From: Bacillota bacterium
Lineage (GTDB): Bacteria > Bacillota > Limnochordia > DTU087
Length of the DNA: 49,550 nt
NCBI GenBank assembly: GCA_036786445.1
Contig: DAIQRD010000001.1
Span: 1-49,550, forward strand
Direction: 5' to 3'
Shown: positions 9,164 to 17,076 of the stretch, in pieces
How positions within the stretch are numbered: position 1 is the stretch's first letter
Layout of the letters: each line of letters begins with the position of its first letter
Program-made: the position numbers and the translations under genes
Notes under the pieces: model-generated
What the model saw: only the letters and a program-made list of their open reading frames with translations
What the model was told of the DNA's origin: nothing
Database searches by the model: none

Positions 9164-10474
9164 CTAGAGCTGTGGCATTGAGAAGTTCTCACCAACGATC
9201 ACCATCACATCGTAACGGTCGCCTCCCCAGGCCACAATGTCTGAATCGTCCTCATCGATTATTCTTGCCCCAAAAATATCGGCGATCTGGGCACCCACGT
9301 CCCGCCGGGCGGGATTCACGATCACTTCTGTCTCTCGGTAACCGAACCGTTGGGCATCCCTGACATCAATTACTTGGTAACCCTGCTCTCTCAACCGGGC
9401 AGCGGCATAGCCGGCGGCTCCTGTGGCGCCACTACCATTAAGCACCTGAATAGTCACAGGCTCCACACCCCAGATCAGCTTATCCACCATGACCTGGGTA
9501 GCATCGGGGTTAGGCACCCAATAGCTCACACCACCAACCTTATCCCCTGTCCCTGGTACTAGAGCTGTAACTATGGAATCATCACTAACATCCCGCATAG
9601 CCAAACCCAAGCCCATTATCTGCGTGAAAGGTAGATTCGTGGATACGCAATCCCATAGCTGTAGACTCAAAGCAGGCACCTTGGCAACGGTAGAAGGTTG
9701 CAGCAACTCTTGGGCCAAGGCATGCATAAACTTCTGCTGGCGACGGATGCGGCCGCCATATTCACCTTGAGCGGGATCTACCAACGCTACATCTCCCAGG
9801 CCATCAGCCCGAAACCGAACATAAGCCAAGGCATTTGCTCCATCTAGTCGTTGGCGACCGGGATAGAGATTGATGTGTAAATCTTGGGCATAATCATCAT
9901 ATTTCATCCGCCGCTCCACATCTATCTCCACTCCACCTAAAATATCCACTATGCGCTCAAATCCTTCGAAATCCAGCTTGACATAGTACTTAACTGGTAC
10001 GTCTAGGAACTGCGAGACTGTGGCCATGGCCAGCCGGGGGCCTCCATACGCATGGGCAGCATTGACTTTGTCGTACCCCTTTCTTCCTGGGATCTGAACC
10101 CGGGTGTCTCGGGGAATGGAAACCAGTGACACATGCCCTTGAGCGGGATCAATGCTGGCCAAGATCATGGTATCGGTACGACCAGGGTCATCAAGCCCCC
10201 CATCTATACCTAAGATAAGCACATTTACACGCTCAGCAGTATCCCGCTGGGCCTTACTGGAAGTAGAATCAACAGGGCGCCCACTGTTATGCGGGAAAAA
10301 CCCTATGCCCCTGTTGTACGTGTAATAAGCAGTTCCGATGGTCAGCAAGATGGCCAGGACTGCTACAATGCCATAGTAAATCATACGCCTCTTTTTGCGT
10401 TCTCTCTTAAGTCGGCGTTTTTCCTCCAACTCCTGTCGCCTAATCTCCAGCTCTTCCGGTGTTAACACAGCCAC
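9164..10474 (-). CDS. LCP family protein (LytR/CpsA/Psr) with a C-terminal LytR_C domain
   Basis: It has a charged N-terminus and a TM helix. The LCP core reads NVLILGIDGG...RTDTMILASI...SIPRDT. The C-terminal segment VLNGSGATGAAGYAAARLREQGYQV is LytR_C-like. Confidence 0.85.
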   Translation of the reverse strand: MAVLTPEELEIRRQELEEKRRLKRERKKRRMIYYGIVAVLAILLTIGTAYYTYNRGIGFFPHNSGRPVDSTSSKAQRDTAERVNVLILGIDGGLDDPGRTDTMILASIDPAQGHVSLVSIPRDTRVQIPGRKGYDKVNAAHAYGGPRLAMATVSQFLDVPVKYYVKLDFEGFERIVDILGGVEIDVERRMKYDDYAQDLHINLYPGRQRLDGANALAYVRFRADGLGDVALVDPAQGEYGGRIRRQQKFMHALAQELLQPSTVAKVPALSLQLWDCVSTNLPFTQIMGLGLAMRDVSDDSIVTALVPGTGDKVGGVSYWVPNPDATQVMVDKLIWGVEPVTIQVLNGSGATGAAGYAAARLREQGYQVIDVRDAQRFGYRETEVIVNPARRDVGAQIADIFGARIIDEDDSDIVAWGGDRYDVMVIVGENFSMPQL

Positions 10475-10519
10475 ACCCCCTTTCTCTCAAATACCTATTG
10501 CATCACGGCCTAGCATACT

Positions 10520-11122
10520 TCAACCATTCTGATCCGCTGCTTCCGCTGCTCTAATCTCTCCCAATAGCCAGTTGCGGGCAGCAACCGTCCGAGGGTGAAT
10601 GAGTAACCCCCGCTCCATGACATGGATCAGAGTGCGATCCATAGCCTGAACGAGGGCAGCGGTGAGATTTTGGTTGGCTAGCTCCCGTAGCTCGTCCACT
10701 CCCGGAAAAGACCGCTGCGGCTCTACGTAATCAGCCAAATAAATTATCTTTTCTAATAACGACATTGGCACTCTACCAGTTGTATGGTAGCAAATGGCTA
10801 ATAGGACTTCCTCGTCTTCGATGCCAAATATCCCTTGGGCGAGCTGGGCGCTGACTGGGCCGTGTAATAAACCGGTCTCAACCCTCTCAACCTCATCCAT
10901 AACTATACCAAATTCTAACACCCTGTTCAACAGGATATTATTGGACGGGCTCTTGCCACAATCGTGTAATAGACCAGCTAATTGGGCCTTCTCTATATCG
11001 CCACCATGCCGCGCCGCCAGCTCACCCGCTGCAGCTGACACCCCTAAGGAGTGGATATATCTTTCTGGCGATAGCATAGATTGCAGCCGCTCCCGGATAA
11101 CCTCGTACGATAGTTCCGCCAT
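10520..11122 (-). CDS. yqeK: HD-domain bis(5'-nucleosyl)-tetraphosphatase YqeK
   Basis: It has the HD motif context RYIHSLGV...LLHDCGK...CYHTTG and follows nadD as in Firmicutes. Confidence 0.85.
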   Translation of the reverse strand: MAELSYEVIRERLQSMLSPERYIHSLGVSAAAGELAARHGGDIEKAQLAGLLHDCGKSPSNNILLNRVLEFGIVMDEVERVETGLLHGPVSAQLAQGIFGIEDEEVLLAICYHTTGRVPMSLLEKIIYLADYVEPQRSFPGVDELRELANQNLTAALVQAMDRTLIHVMERGLLIHPRTVAARNWLLGEIRAAEAADQNG

Positions 11123-11133
11123 ATGCAGCTCCC

Positions 11134-11778
11134 TTACCGGTCCTCGCCCTTACCCCCTGTCCCATACAGGCCCTCTCCATAGATGTAAGTAGCCACCGTC
11201 TCCGGCAGAAGATATCGAATGGACCTACCATTCGCTAACCGGCGCCGCAAATCTGTGGAAGATATGCCCATGGGTGGCATTTCCAGAATATGAATCCGAT
11301 CCTGAAAGGGTTCATATAGGGGCCCCAGAGCAGTGGCCAGTTGATCTAGGCCATATCCTGGCCGTGTGACAGCTATAAATTCGGCAAGTCCTAGGACTTG
11401 CTCCGGTGCCTTCCAGGTCAGGATCTCCAGTATAGCATCGGCACCGGTAATAAAATACATGCTTGTCTCCGGTGGCAGGATCTCCGTTAGGTCTGTGAGA
11501 GTGTCCACCGTGTAAGTCACCCTACCCCGATCCAGATCTACCCTGGATGCCTCGAAACCGGGATTACCCATAATCGCCAAGAGAGTCATCAAATAGCGGT
11601 GGCGGGCGGGAGTGACCTGCCCCTCAACTTTATGAGGAGGGATTCCGGCTGGGACGAAGATGATCTTCTCCAGACCGAAGGCCTCTCTGGCTTCTTCAGC
11701 CGCCACTAGGTGACCATAGTGAATTGGATCAAAGGTCCCGCCCATGACTCCAATGCGCTGGGCTTTGACTTCAGTCAT
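11134..11778 (-). CDS. nadD: Nicotinate-nucleotide adenylyltransferase
   Basis: It has the GVMGGTFDPIHYGH nucleotidyltransferase motif, the ISSTDLRRR motif and a typical length of 214 aa. Confidence 0.92.
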   Translation of the reverse strand: MTEVKAQRIGVMGGTFDPIHYGHLVAAEEAREAFGLEKIIFVPAGIPPHKVEGQVTPARHRYLMTLLAIMGNPGFEASRVDLDRGRVTYTVDTLTDLTEILPPETSMYFITGADAILEILTWKAPEQVLGLAEFIAVTRPGYGLDQLATALGPLYEPFQDRIHILEMPPMGISSTDLRRRLANGRSIRYLLPETVATYIYGEGLYGTGGKGEDR

Positions 11779-11789
11779 GTTGTACCACC

Positions 11790-13064
11790 CTATGCCCTGA
11801 TCTGTCCATTGCCCAAAATCACAAACTTAGTGGAGGTCAGCTCTTCCAATCCCATAGGTCCCCTTGCATGGAGCTTCTGGGTAGAAATGCCAATCTCCGC
11901 TCCCAAACCAAATTGCTGCCCATCAGTAAACCGGGTAGAAGCATTGACGTAGACTGCCGCCGCATCCACTTTTTCCAAGAACTCCCGGGCATTGCCATAG
12001 TCGTTAGTCAAAATCGCCTCCGAGTGACCTGTCCCGTATCTCCCTATGTGATCTACTGCTTCGGTCAAGCTGTCTACCACCTTGATGGCCAATACCAAAT
12101 CCAGGTACTCCGTCTCCCAATCTTCTTCCACAGCCGCCTCAATCTGAGGCAGCACCTTCCGGGACTCATCACACCCCCTAAGCCTAACGCCCTCCTCCAA
12201 GAGACTGGCTGCTGCCATGGGTAGGAACTCAAGGGCGATATCTTTATGCACCAAAAGTGTCTCCAGTGCATTACAAACACCGGGTCTTTGGCATTTGGCA
12301 TTAATCACAATATCCCTAGCCTCATCTAGCAAAGCGCTCTGGTCCACATAAATATGACAATTGCCTTCACCGGTCTGGATGATAGGTACTGTCGCGTTCT
12401 CCAGGACTGAGCGAATTAATCCCCTGCCTCCTCGAGGAATCAGTACATCTACCAGATCAGACTGTCGCATCAATGCTCGGGTAGCCGCCCGGTCTGTATC
12501 TTCGATAATCTGGATAGAGGTCTCCGGCAAAGCGCTACCTTCTAAAGCCGCACTCATGGTGCGGACAATGGCCACATTGGAGTGTAAAGCCTCAGAGCCT
12601 CCCCTGAGGATCACGGCATTACCGGATTTTAGGCAGAGTCCGGCGGCATCCACGGTGACATTGGGCCTCGCCTCATAGATTATGCCAATAACACCCAAGG
12701 GCACCCGCACCCGACCCACTTCCAACCCATTTGGCCGACGGGTCATGGACACCGTCACACCTATGGGATCTGGTAAAGCAGCTACTTCCCTCAGCCCGTT
12801 GGCTGCACCTACCAGCCGTGCCTCATTGAGGGTCAGGCGATCAACCAATGCATCAGATATACCCTTGCCCCGTGCCACGGCCACATCTCGAGCATTAGCT
12901 GCAAGTATGGCCGCACTGTTATCTTCTAAAGCAGCAGCCATGTTCAAGAGGGCAGCATTCTTCTCATTGGTGGAGGCATTGCGCAACTGCTGGGCTGCCT
13001 CCTTGGCCACTACGGCTTGTGCCCTGACCATGCTATCCGCGTTACCTGCATTCACATACCTCAC
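11790..13064 (-). CDS. proA: Glutamate-5-semialdehyde dehydrogenase (gamma-glutamyl phosphate reductase)
   Basis: An ALDH-fold ProA with VIGIIYEARPNVTVDA and NASTRFTDG. Its GTG start overlaps the proB stop (GTGA), indicating translational coupling. Confidence 0.92.
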   Translation of the reverse strand: MRYVNAGNADSMVRAQAVVAKEAAQQLRNASTNEKNAALLNMAAALEDNSAAILAANARDVAVARGKGISDALVDRLTLNEARLVGAANGLREVAALPDPIGVTVSMTRRPNGLEVGRVRVPLGVIGIIYEARPNVTVDAAGLCLKSGNAVILRGGSEALHSNVAIVRTMSAALEGSALPETSIQIIEDTDRAATRALMRQSDLVDVLIPRGGRGLIRSVLENATVPIIQTGEGNCHIYVDQSALLDEARDIVINAKCQRPGVCNALETLLVHKDIALEFLPMAAASLLEEGVRLRGCDESRKVLPQIEAAVEEDWETEYLDLVLAIKVVDSLTEAVDHIGRYGTGHSEAILTNDYGNAREFLEKVDAAAVYVNASTRFTDGQQFGLGAEIGISTQKLHARGPMGLEELTSTKFVILGNGQIRA

Positions 13065-14152
13065 TCCTCAGGAAATAATACCAAGTTATCGCGGTGGATG
13101 ACTTCATCATAATCCTTGTGATCCAAAAACCTGTCAATGGCGTCAGAGCGATGGCCCTTAATCAGATCTATTTCTCCGGATGTGAAATTGCTCAGCCCCC
13201 GGCCGATCTCCCGATTCTCGGCATCGATTACAGAGATCAAATCCCCCGCGGCAAAAGATCCCAGAACTTGGGTGATCCCAATGGGAAGTAAGCTCTTGCC
13301 CGCTCCCAGCAATGCTTGTCTAGCACCATCGTCGACACATACTCGCCCCTGGGGTTGATGGTAGAAAGCCAGCCACTGTTTTCTGCTGTTTAGGCGATCA
13401 GCTTCTGGCAAGAACAACGTACCTACCGGTTTGGCTGCCACCACATCGTGAATCACCCCGGCGCGACTTCCTTGTGCTATGATCATGGGTATCCCCGATC
13501 GACAGGCGATGCGGGCAGCTTGGAATTTAGTCATCATGCCACCGGTTCCTTGGGCGCTACCAGCACCTCCAGCTACCGGAGCAAACTCATCAATACTGGT
13601 GATCACATCCAACAACTTGGCATCAGGGTTTAGTCTGGGATCGGAGGTATAAACGCCATCTACATCCGATAAGACCAAAAGGAGATCGGCCCCTACTAAA
13701 GCAGCCACTAGGGCAGATAAAGTATCATTGTCTCCGAACTTAATCTCATCAACAGCTACAGTGTCATTCTCATTGACAATGGGCACCGCCCGATACCTCA
13801 GAAGCTCCAGTAAAGTATGGCGGGAGTTGAGGTACCGTACCCGGCTATTGAGATCTTCACGGGTCAGAAGTACCTGGGCCACTACCTGCCCATACTCGGA
13901 GAAGAGTTTTTCATATACCTGCATCAGCAGCCCCTGGCCCACCGCGGCCACGGCCTGTTTGGCTGGTAGGGTAGTGGGCCTTTGCGTAAAACCCAAGCGA
14001 CTAATACCAGCACCAATAGCACCGGATGTAACTAAAACTACATCCATGCCTCGGTTGTTCAGATCTGCGATTTCCCGCACTAAAGACTCCAATCGCTGTA
14101 AATTCAACCGGTAGGTGGGGTAGGTAATACTACTAGTGCCAACTTTAATCAC
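13061..14152 (-). CDS. proB: Glutamate 5-kinase (with C-terminal PUA domain)
   Basis: It has VIKVGTSS, VLVTSGAIGAG and FGDNDTLSA amino-acid-kinase motifs plus a C-terminal PUA-like region. GTG at 14152 is the only start codon after the in-frame yhbY stop. Confidence 0.92.
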   Translation of the reverse strand: MIKVGTSSITYPTYRLNLQRLESLVREIADLNNRGMDVVLVTSGAIGAGISRLGFTQRPTTLPAKQAVAAVGQGLLMQVYEKLFSEYGQVVAQVLLTREDLNSRVRYLNSRHTLLELLRYRAVPIVNENDTVAVDEIKFGDNDTLSALVAALVGADLLLVLSDVDGVYTSDPRLNPDAKLLDVITSIDEFAPVAGGAGSAQGTGGMMTKFQAARIACRSGIPMIIAQGSRAGVIHDVVAAKPVGTLFLPEADRLNSRKQWLAFYHQPQGRVCVDDGARQALLGAGKSLLPIGITQVLGSFAAGDLISVIDAENREIGRGLSNFTSGEIDLIKGHRSDAIDRFLDHKDYDEVIHRDNLVLFPEE

Positions 14153-14188
14153 TACACGATTAACTTTCCGGAAGACACTCGCTTCGCA

Positions 14189-14491
14189 TCATAGATCAGC
14201 AATGCCCCCTTTGCCAGGATTCTTCTGGGAGAGCCGGTACAGGACAATAATCTTACCAATTCTCTGTACCACTTCTGATCTAGTTAAATTCGCCAAAGTC
14301 CTGGCTAGTTCCTCGGGGTCTTCATCAGTATTCTGCAGTAATCGGATCTTGATAAGTTCCCGAGCCTCTAGAGCTTCATCGATTTGTTCGAGGAGGTTAT
14401 CGCTTACTCCACCCTTGCCCACTTGGATAATGGCTGGCATATCATTGGCCAATCCCCGCAAATGTGCCCGTTGTTTGCTAGTTAGCACCAT
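14189..14491 (-). CDS. yhbY: YhbY/CRS1-type ribosome assembly RNA-binding protein
   Basis: 100 aa with LTSKQRAHLRGLANDMPAIIQVGKGGVSDNLLEQIDEALEARELIKI, typical of YhbY (YqeI). Confidence 0.85.
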   Translation of the reverse strand: MVLTSKQRAHLRGLANDMPAIIQVGKGGVSDNLLEQIDEALEARELIKIRLLQNTDEDPEELARTLANLTRSEVVQRIGKIIVLYRLSQKNPGKGGIADL

Positions 14492-14505
14492 CTATCATCC
14501 CGCCC

Positions 14506-15813
14506 TCAACTGAGATACTCAAATTCCCATTCCTCGACTTTCACTATGTCCCCATCCTGCACCCCGGCTTCTCGTAAGGCATCGATCACTCCAATATCCC
14601 TCAGCATTCTCAGTAGCCATCGTAAGGTCTCTGCATTGTTCAAGTCATGCCGCTTCAAAAGGCGTCGGAGGCCTTCGCCGCCCACCACAAAGCCATCATC
14701 TGTTTCAGTGACGGTGAAGTCTTCCAAAGGCGCACTCGTCCTGGGGATAGTAATCATAACTGGCTCCTCTGGAGCCTCTAACCCAATTCGTGCATCTGCT
14801 TCAGCCTCTGCCTCTTGGGACTGTAGAGTCTGCAGCTTCTGCCAGATTCTATAGGTCAGCTCCTGGATCCCCTGGCGAGTTGCTGCCGAGATCCCAAGAA
14901 TATCCCCTTCCACCACAGCTTGTAACCTCTGCAAATTCCCGTGGCCTTCCGGCAAATCCAACTTATTTCCCACAACTATATAGGGTCTAGCTGCCAATTC
15001 AGCACTGAACAAGCCTAGCTCATCTCGGATCTGCTGAAAATCATCTATGGGGTCCCGACCTTCCATTCCGGAGCAATCCACCACATGTACCAAGAGCCGG
15101 GTGCGCTCCACATGGCGGAGAAAATCATGCCCCAGGCCCACACCGGCATGGGCACCCTCAATCAGGCCAGGTATATCTGCCACTACAAAACTCTTTCCTG
15201 CTTCCACCTTCACTACTCCCAAGTTGGGTGCCAATGTAGTGAAAGGGTAAGCTGCTACCTTGGGCCTTGCTGCCGATATCACTGACAGCAAAGTGGATTT
15301 GCCGGCATTGGGATAACCCACCAATCCCACATCGGCAATGAGTTTGAGTTCCAACCTAAGCCAGCGGGATTCGCCAGGTTCCCCTCTTTCAGCAAAGGTC
15401 GGCGCTTGCCTCGTGGAAGTAGCAAATACTGCATTACCCCGGCCTCCTCTACCACCCTGTGCTGCCAAGAGGCGCTGGCGAGGGCTGGTTAGATCAGCTA
15501 TAACTGCATCATTTTCATCATTATGAACCACCGTGCCCGGCGGCACTCCCACGATGAGATCCTCCGCATTCTTGCCATGTTGCTTGCTTCCTCTGCCATC
15601 CCCACCTCTGGCCGCCTTATAATTGACCCGATAACGAAAATCCAGCAACGTGGTCATGGAGGGGTCTACCTCAACGATGACATTGCCACCCCTACCTCCA
15701 TTGCCTCCGTCGGGCCCTCCGGCAGGTATGTATTTCTCCCGTCGAAAACCCACACAGCCGTCACCACCATCTCCAGCGCTGACAAAAATCCTAGCCCGGT
15801 CCACAAATTGCAT
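14506..15813 (-). CDS. obg: GTPase Obg/CgtA
   Basis: It has MQFVDRARIFVSAGDGGDG (glycine-rich Obg fold), G1 GYPNAGKST, G4 NKLD and a C-terminal OCT domain. The ATG at 15813 lies 9 nt after GGAGG. The longer track ORF start lies inside an upstream hairpin. Confidence 0.95.
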   Translation of the reverse strand: MQFVDRARIFVSAGDGGDGCVGFRREKYIPAGGPDGGNGGRGGNVIVEVDPSMTTLLDFRYRVNYKAARGGDGRGSKQHGKNAEDLIVGVPPGTVVHNDENDAVIADLTSPRQRLLAAQGGRGGRGNAVFATSTRQAPTFAERGEPGESRWLRLELKLIADVGLVGYPNAGKSTLLSVISAARPKVAAYPFTTLAPNLGVVKVEAGKSFVVADIPGLIEGAHAGVGLGHDFLRHVERTRLLVHVVDCSGMEGRDPIDDFQQIRDELGLFSAELAARPYIVVGNKLDLPEGHGNLQRLQAVVEGDILGISAATRQGIQELTYRIWQKLQTLQSQEAEAEADARIGLEAPEEPVMITIPRTSAPLEDFTVTETDDGFVVGGEGLRRLLKRHDLNNAETLRWLLRMLRDIGVIDALREAGVQDGDIVKVEEWEFEYLS

Positions 15814-15840
15814 GTCCGAATCACCTCCCGGGTATATTAA

Positions 15841-15876
15841 AGGCCACACCCGCTAGCATCACACCGGGTGTGGCCT
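15841..15876 (-). terminator. Perfect 12-bp stem-loop between rpmA and obg (attenuator or partial terminator candidate)
   Basis: AGGCCACACCCG, a 12-nt loop, then CGGGUGUGGCCU, followed on the minus strand by UUAAUAUA. It sits 28 nt upstream of the obg ATG. Confidence 0.4.
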
Positions 15877-15975
15877 CCTATGCTTCGTCCCACCAGCTTA
15901 GTCTCGCTGCCCTACCCGAACCCGTTACCACTTACAAGTGATACCGACTGACAGCTGAGCCCAGAGCATCAATTA

Positions 15976-16263
15976 CTATGCAGTAACCGCGCCATTCTCA
16001 GGGGAAATGCTGACCTGTTTCCTGCCTTTCCTTACCTGCTCAAAGCTCACATACCCATCGACCCTGGCGAAAAGGGTGTCATCACTACCTTTACCAACAT
16101 TCGGGCCTGGGTGAATTCTGGTGCCCCGTTGCCGTACGAGGATAGAACCAGCACTGACGAACTGCCCGTCGCCTCGCTTCACACCTAATCTCTGACCCAT
16201 ACTGTCTCGGCCGTTACGGGAACTACCAGCTCCCTTTTTCTTAGCAAATAGCTGTAGATTCAT
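15976..16263 (-). CDS. rpmA: 50S ribosomal protein L27 (with a Firmicute N-terminal propeptide)
   Basis: [21 protein letters not shown] matches the S. aureus/B. subtilis type ([20 protein letters not shown]). I prefer the start at the ATG 16263. The track ORF starts five codons upstream at a GTG that abuts the SD. Confidence 0.93.
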   Translation of the reverse strand: MNLQLFAKKKGAGSSRNGRDSMGQRLGVKRGDGQFVSAGSILVRQRGTRIHPGPNVGKGSDDTLFARVDGYVSFEQVRKGRKQVSISPENGAVTA

Positions 16264-16282
16264 CCGCACTCTACGCACCTCC

Positions 16283-16609
16283 CTAAACTCCTATCTGGCT
16301 CACGCTGACAAAAGCAGCGTAATCTGCCTCTATGGCCTGCAAGCCCAGCAACATAGTCTGCAAAATCGTATCTATCACAATATCATCGCCCTTGCCTGCC
16401 GACAACCGGCATTCCAGGCAGCCATCAGTCATAGTCACATCTGGCTTAGCCTGGGCCAGCTCCTCTAGACCCAATATAGCCGTCTGCAAGAGCACAGATA
16501 CAGCGGCACAAACAATATCTTCACCATAAGGGGCAAAATCCGAGTGCCCTTCCGCCGCAAAGCGGCAGACTCTCCCGGCTGTATCCCTATAGATCCTGAT
16601 ATTAACCAC
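16283..16609 (-). CDS. prp: Ribosomal-processing cysteine protease Prp (YsxB family)
   Basis: 108 aa located between rplU and rpmA. It has the GH ... DIVCAAVS catalytic His/Cys context. Confidence 0.85.
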   Translation of the reverse strand: MVNIRIYRDTAGRVCRFAAEGHSDFAPYGEDIVCAAVSVLLQTAILGLEELAQAKPDVTMTDGCLECRLSAGKGDDIVIDTILQTMLLGLQAIEADYAAFVSVSQIGV

Positions 16610-16620
16610 ACTAGCTTCTC

Positions 16621-16929
16621 CTAGGCATTGATCTTTTCGATCAAGAGCTCAGTGAAGGGCTGGCGATGGCCTGTCTTCTTGCGGTAATTCTTCTTGGCCT
16701 TGTACTTGAAGACAATAATCTTCTTCGCCTTGGCGATGCGCTGCACCCGGGCTGTAACACTAGCCCCGGCGATCAGGGGCTTACCGATCTTAGTTTCGTC
16801 CCCGACAACCATGAGTACTTCATCTAAGGTGACTTCAGAGCCTGCCTCTGCTGGCAGTTTTTCTACTCGGATCAGGTCACCTTCCCGCACCTTGTACTGC
16901 TTACCGCCAGTTTGCACTATTGCGTACAC
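16621..16929 (-). CDS. rplU: 50S ribosomal protein L21
   Basis: (V/M)[17 protein letters not shown] is the canonical L21 N-terminus. GTG at 16929 is preceded by GGAGGAGG. The remainder of the 139-aa track ORF is an upstream extension. Confidence 0.93.
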   Translation of the reverse strand: MYAIVQTGGKQYKVREGDLIRVEKLPAEAGSEVTLDEVLMVVGDETKIGKPLIAGASVTARVQRIAKAKKIIVFKYKAKKNYRKKTGHRQPFTELLIEKINA

Positions 16930-17076
16930 TAAAATGTACCTCCTCCACGCTAGACTCGCCGAGATCAGGCGGTTCCTGTGAACACTTTCAGCCCACCCCA
17001 AGCGGTTTCGATGTCCAAGGTCCCTGAAAGACCCGAACACCTACAGTACCGAGTTTATCACGGCCTGAAAAGGCTG

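Noticed and set aside
12682-13101. Long antisense ORFs typical of this window, including 12682..13101 +, 17357..17884 +, 27687..28208 +, 29202..29702 +, 35774..36199 -, 45860..46222 - and 21523..21903 -.
   Set aside because: Each lies opposite or out of frame to a gene with clear family motifs. The Ala/Ser/Pro/Arg-rich compositions are the usual mirror-frame artefact in a ~50% GC genome.
16930-17040. An upstream extension of the rplU ORF (139 aa in the track).
   Set aside because: L21 universally starts at M/V-YAIV. GTG at 16929 has a GGAGGAGG SD. The extension covers the likely leader region.
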